Source of the DNA: an uncultured Bacilli bacterium
GTDB lineage: Bacteria > Bacillota_I > Bacilli_A > RF39 > UBA660
DNA: 34,821 nt
Direction of reading: 5' to 3'
Assembly (NCBI GenBank): GCA_944372725.1
Contig: CALWAA010000001.1
Coordinates: 1-34,821, forward strand
This document shows, piece by piece, positions 32,038 to 34,821 of this stretch; position 1 is the first letter of the stretch, and each line of letters starts with the position of its first letter. The notes below the pieces were generated by a model that did not search any database, was not told where the DNA came from, and worked only from the letters and a program-made list of their open reading frames with translations. Made by a program: the position numbers and the translations under genes.

Positions 32038-32580
32038 ATGAAAAAAATACTTTTAATGATTGGTTGTTTGCTTATGGTCGTAGGTTGTTCTTGTTCTAAT
32101 GATAAGGCGGCTGATGCAGTAGAAAAATACTTAAATGATTATAAAGGACTTAGTGATACTGTTTTAAAAGATATTGACGATTTAGTAGAAGGGGAAGATT
32201 TAACCGATAAAGGAAAAGAAACTTATAAAGAAGTTTTAAAAAGACAATATCGGGATTTAATTTATACGATAGAAAATGAAGATTATGATGGAGATACGGC
32301 AAAAGTTACAGTAAAAATTACTGTTTATGATTTATATAAAGCACAAAAGGATGCTAGTGAATATTTAAGTAATCATCAGGATGAGTTTTTAACGGATGGA
32401 GAATATGATAATGATTTATATATGGATTATAAACTAGAGCAAATGCGCGATATGAATGATACAGTATCTTATAATATTGTATTTAATGTTACCAAGACCG
32501 ATGGTAAATGGTATGTAGAACAACCAAGTGATGAAGTGTTAGAGAAAATTCATGGTGTTTATAATTATGAGGAGGATTAA
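32038..32580 (+). CDS. lipoprotein (NTF2/DUF4878-like ectodomain)
   Basis: MKKILLMIGCLLMVVGC lipobox. Acidic ectodomain ending in ...TKTDGKWYVEQP. The upstream in-frame ATG 32029 is too close to the RBS. Confidence 0.8.
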   Translation: MKKILLMIGCLLMVVGCSCSNDKAADAVEKYLNDYKGLSDTVLKDIDDLVEGEDLTDKGKETYKEVLKRQYRDLIYTIENEDYDGDTAKVTVKITVYDLYKAQKDASEYLSNHQDEFLTDGEYDNDLYMDYKLEQMRDMNDTVSYNIVFNVTKTDGKWYVEQPSDEVLEKIHGVYNYEED

Positions 32581-32638
32581 TTCCTTCTTTTTGTTTACTT
32601 TAAATTTTTTTTACTATATAATTAAGAGGGTGGGTATT

Positions 32639-33514
32639 ATGTTTCGTCAATTATTTAGTTCAGTAAAATTAGATTGTTTAGAAGCTAATTATTTAAAGCA
32701 AATGGATACATTTAATAAAGATGTTCTTTTAAAAATATTTACAAATCCAAATTATAAAAAGTTAGATAGTGAGATAAAAGAGCAAATTTTAAAAGCAATT
32801 GATGTGCTTGTGCATCTTATAGGTATAGATTTTATGGATAAAAAGGATATTTTGGATAATTTTCTTACTTTATTAAATCAAGAAAGTGAAAATCCAAACT
32901 TTAAAGAGTATATTCGTTTGTTTTGTGCTTATCCGATGTTTTTATTTCGAAATCAATTTGATTTAAAAGAACTTTATCAAATAAATGACCAAGAATTTAT
33001 AAAATATTTATGGGTTGAAGTTGCTTTTTGTCTAGAAGATGTTAATTTTTGGGCAAATGCAGAATATGAAAAACTTGTCAGAAATCCTAAATTAAAAGAA
33101 CTTAATTTAACAGAAGTTGTTGTAAATGGACTTGTGAATACTTTTTTGGGGCGAGCTTTTTTAATTGAAAGTATTTTACTTTTGTTATCGTATAATGAAG
33201 ATTATTCTTGGCTTATTTTAAAGTTATTTCAAGCTCCAACATCTAAACATATAGAACTTGTATTAAAACTAGTTAATGATGAAGAAGTGGCAGAAAGTAG
33301 TCATATAGAAGAAATGATTGATATGATTTATGAGGCACCTTTAGATGAATTAAGAGAAATGGAATTTAAGATTACTCATGAATTAATTTATAAAGAAATG
33401 ACTTTTAAAGATGCTTGTCAAAAATATTTTAAACAAGCGATGGAGTTATTAGATGAAAGTGAACAAATGAAGTCTACTACTCTTGTTAGAGTTCCTATTT
33501 ACAGGCGAAGATAA
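32639..33514 (+). CDS. hypothetical protein (291 aa)
   Basis: GAGGGTGGG RBS before ATG 32639. The ORF-track start at 32552 overlaps the previous gene and lacks an RBS. No recognised motif. Confidence 0.65.
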   Translation: MFRQLFSSVKLDCLEANYLKQMDTFNKDVLLKIFTNPNYKKLDSEIKEQILKAIDVLVHLIGIDFMDKKDILDNFLTLLNQESENPNFKEYIRLFCAYPMFLFRNQFDLKELYQINDQEFIKYLWVEVAFCLEDVNFWANAEYEKLVRNPKLKELNLTEVVVNGLVNTFLGRAFLIESILLLLSYNEDYSWLILKLFQAPTSKHIELVLKLVNDEEVAESSHIEEMIDMIYEAPLDELREMEFKITHELIYKEMTFKDACQKYFKQAMELLDESEQMKSTTLVRVPIYRRR

Positions 33515-33545
33515 ACAAACCTTTTGTGTTTGTTTTTTCTTTTTG
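33513..33545 (+). terminator. Rho-independent terminator
   Basis: AAACAAAC (33513-33520) pairs with GTTTGTTT (33528-33535) around a 7-nt loop, followed by TTTCTTTTT. Confidence 0.6.
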
Positions 33546-33569
33546 GCATATATTTGTATTAGGGGTTTT

Positions 33570-33890
33570 ATGAATCATTTTGTTTATAACGCGTTAAGTG
33601 CATTATCTTATCATATTAGTAAAAAATCTTTTTTAGTGGCAAAGAAGTGGTATGCTTTAGGGTTATTTTCCGAAGTTATCGCTATTTTTTCTTTATCCGA
33701 ATTTAAAGAATTATCAAAAGAAAATCAAAGAAAAATATATAATAAAATTAATGAACTGCGAGTTTCTACAATGGATTTAGAAGAAAAGAAAAAGTGGCTT
33801 TTGGTATGCAAAGAACAATTAGAAAGTCTTTGCTTAGAAGAAAATCCATCTTTAGTTCGAAGAAAATTTAAAAATAAGCGTAAAGAATAG
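33570..33890 (+). CDS. hypothetical protein (106 aa)
   Basis: AGGGG RBS before ATG 33570, which lies downstream of the terminator that the ORF-track start (33483) would span. No recognised motif. Confidence 0.55.
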   Translation: MNHFVYNALSALSYHISKKSFLVAKKWYALGLFSEVIAIFSLSEFKELSKENQRKIYNKINELRVSTMDLEEKKKWLLVCKEQLESLCLEENPSLVRRKFKNKRKE

Positions 33891-33948
33891 TGTTTCAGCA
33901 TTGTTCTTTTTTTCATTTTTCGTTATAATGATTTAGGAAGTGTAGGAA

Positions 33949-34818
33949 ATGAAGAAAATATTTTTAAGTTTATTATCGTTGATTTTAGTAAGTGGTTGTA
34001 CGAATCTGAATTTAGAACCATCTAATTCTAGTGAAAGGGAAGAAAGTGCTTTTACACCAAGTAGTGATGAGTTAGTCGCACATTTTATTGATGTAGGACA
34101 GGGTGATGCTAATTTTATTGAACTGCCAAATGGAGAGACAATGCTTATTGATGCTGGTATTGCGAGTACCGGTGATGATATTGTAGAATACATTGAAAAC
34201 TTAGGATATGATACAATTGATTATGTTGTTTCTACTCATCCGCATGCTGACCATATTGGCGGAATGGCTGAAGTAATAGAAGCTTTTGATGTTGATGCTA
34301 TTTATATGCCTAAAGCAGTTAGTACAAGTAAAACTTATGAAAATTTGCTTGAGACCATTCAAGATAAAGGCCTTAGTATTAAAACAGGAAAATCCGGGGT
34401 AAAAGTATTAGATGAAGATAACCTAGATATTGTGATGGTTGCTCCAAGTAGTGATGATTATTCTAATTTAAACAATTATTCAATTGTTCTTAAAATTACT
34501 TATGGGGATGTATCATTCCTTTATACGGGTGATGCCGAAGAAGAAAGTTTAGAGGAAATTACCAGTGATATAAAAGCTGATGTTTTAAAAGTTGGACATC
34601 ATGGCAGTGATACAAGTACGAGTGAAGAATTTTTAGAGAAGGTAAACCCACAATATGCAGTGATTAGTGTAGGAGAAAAAAATAGTTATGGTCATCCAGC
34701 AGCGAGTACTATAGAATTGTTACAAGAGTATACCAACAATATTTATCAAACAGATTTAAATGGGACAGTTGTCATATCTACGGATGGCGTTAATATAAAT
34801 GTAAAAACAGAAAGGTGA
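33949..34818 (+). CDS. metallo-beta-lactamase-fold lipoprotein (ComEC C-terminal-domain-like hydrolase)
   Basis: Lipobox LILVSGC. HFIDVGQGDANFIELPNGETMLIDAG and STHPHADHIGG (HxHxDH), then KVGHHGS. This is the pattern of the ComEC/Rec2-related MBL domain. Confidence 0.88.
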   Translation: MKKIFLSLLSLILVSGCTNLNLEPSNSSEREESAFTPSSDELVAHFIDVGQGDANFIELPNGETMLIDAGIASTGDDIVEYIENLGYDTIDYVVSTHPHADHIGGMAEVIEAFDVDAIYMPKAVSTSKTYENLLETIQDKGLSIKTGKSGVKVLDEDNLDIVMVAPSSDDYSNLNNYSIVLKITYGDVSFLYTGDAEEESLEEITSDIKADVLKVGHHGSDTSTSEEFLEKVNPQYAVISVGEKNSYGHPAASTIELLQEYTNNIYQTDLNGTVVISTDGVNINVKTER

Positions 34819-34821
34819 TAA

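Noticed and set aside
8671-34193. Other short antisense or overlapping ORFs from the track (8671-8886, 9249-9431, 15119-15349, 16242-16544, 16791-16979, 22200-22397, 24892-25167, 25414-25740, 26500-26784, 27206-27442, 28036-28245, 30974-31162, 31263-31529, 33725-33916, 33933-34193)
   Set aside because: Each lies opposite or out of frame within a gene that has clear family motifs or good initiation signals. None has a convincing RBS, and the translations are Ser/Ile/Leu/Phe-rich shadow-frame products.
1-34821. Genetic code 4 (UGA = Trp, Mollicutes-like), given the very low G+C
   Set aside because: TGA terminates well-defined genes (ATGA stop/start overlaps at 19258 and 20800; TGA stops of rbfA, the coiled-coil MPE gene and the MBL lipoprotein). 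Conserved Trp positions are TGG. The code is the standard bacterial one.
1-34821. CRISPR arrays, rRNA genes, IS elements or tandem repeat arrays
   Set aside because: I noticed no regularly spaced direct repeats, no rRNA-like conserved blocks and no transposase-like ORFs while reading both strands. The only repeat structures are the paralogous XRE module, short terminator palindromes and the inverted-repeat element at 6956-7197.

Overview
This is an AT-rich (roughly 30% G+C by eye) chromosomal segment of a low-GC Bacillota-type organism, with an Erysipelotrichia/Mollicutes-like gene style. It uses the standard genetic code: TGA acts as a stop in the ATGA stop/start overlaps at 19258 and 20800, and Trp is TGG. 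The backbone is core information-processing genes: the 3' part of rpoC, glyQS, dnaB-dnaI (Firmicute type), a ParE-like type IIA topoisomerase B subunit, engB, the rimP-nusA-ylxR-infB-rbfA-truB operon and one tRNA-Gln(CUG). Accessory or uncharacterised patches lie between these. (1) 6.9-9.9 kb holds an inverted-repeat-bounded structured 240-bp element, two tandem paralogous double-HTH XRE regulators with a duplicated promoter module, and an anchored secreted protein. (2) 14.8-18.6 kb holds an ORF6N plus HKD-like (HxR) protein and an ArsR/SmtB-P1B-ATPase metal efflux pair with a recognisable operator. (3) 19.3-24.3 kb holds a DEDDh exonuclease, an HExxH protein, a DUF1287-like protein, an ASKHA-like protein and a coiled-coil metallophosphoesterase. 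(4) 30.3-31.6 kb, directly after the tRNA, holds an orphan MazF/PemK-fold toxin-like gene with no protein antitoxin, followed by an independently promoted and terminated candidate small RNA of about 95 nt. I saw no CRISPR array, rRNA, transposase, integrase or recombinase. The candidates I rank highest for novelty are the MazF-like gene plus small RNA module, the structured inverted-repeat element after glyQS, the ORF6N-HKD-like singleton, and the non-canonical genes embedded in the glyQS and nusA-infB operons. All product calls come from motif recognition by eye. No database search was possible.
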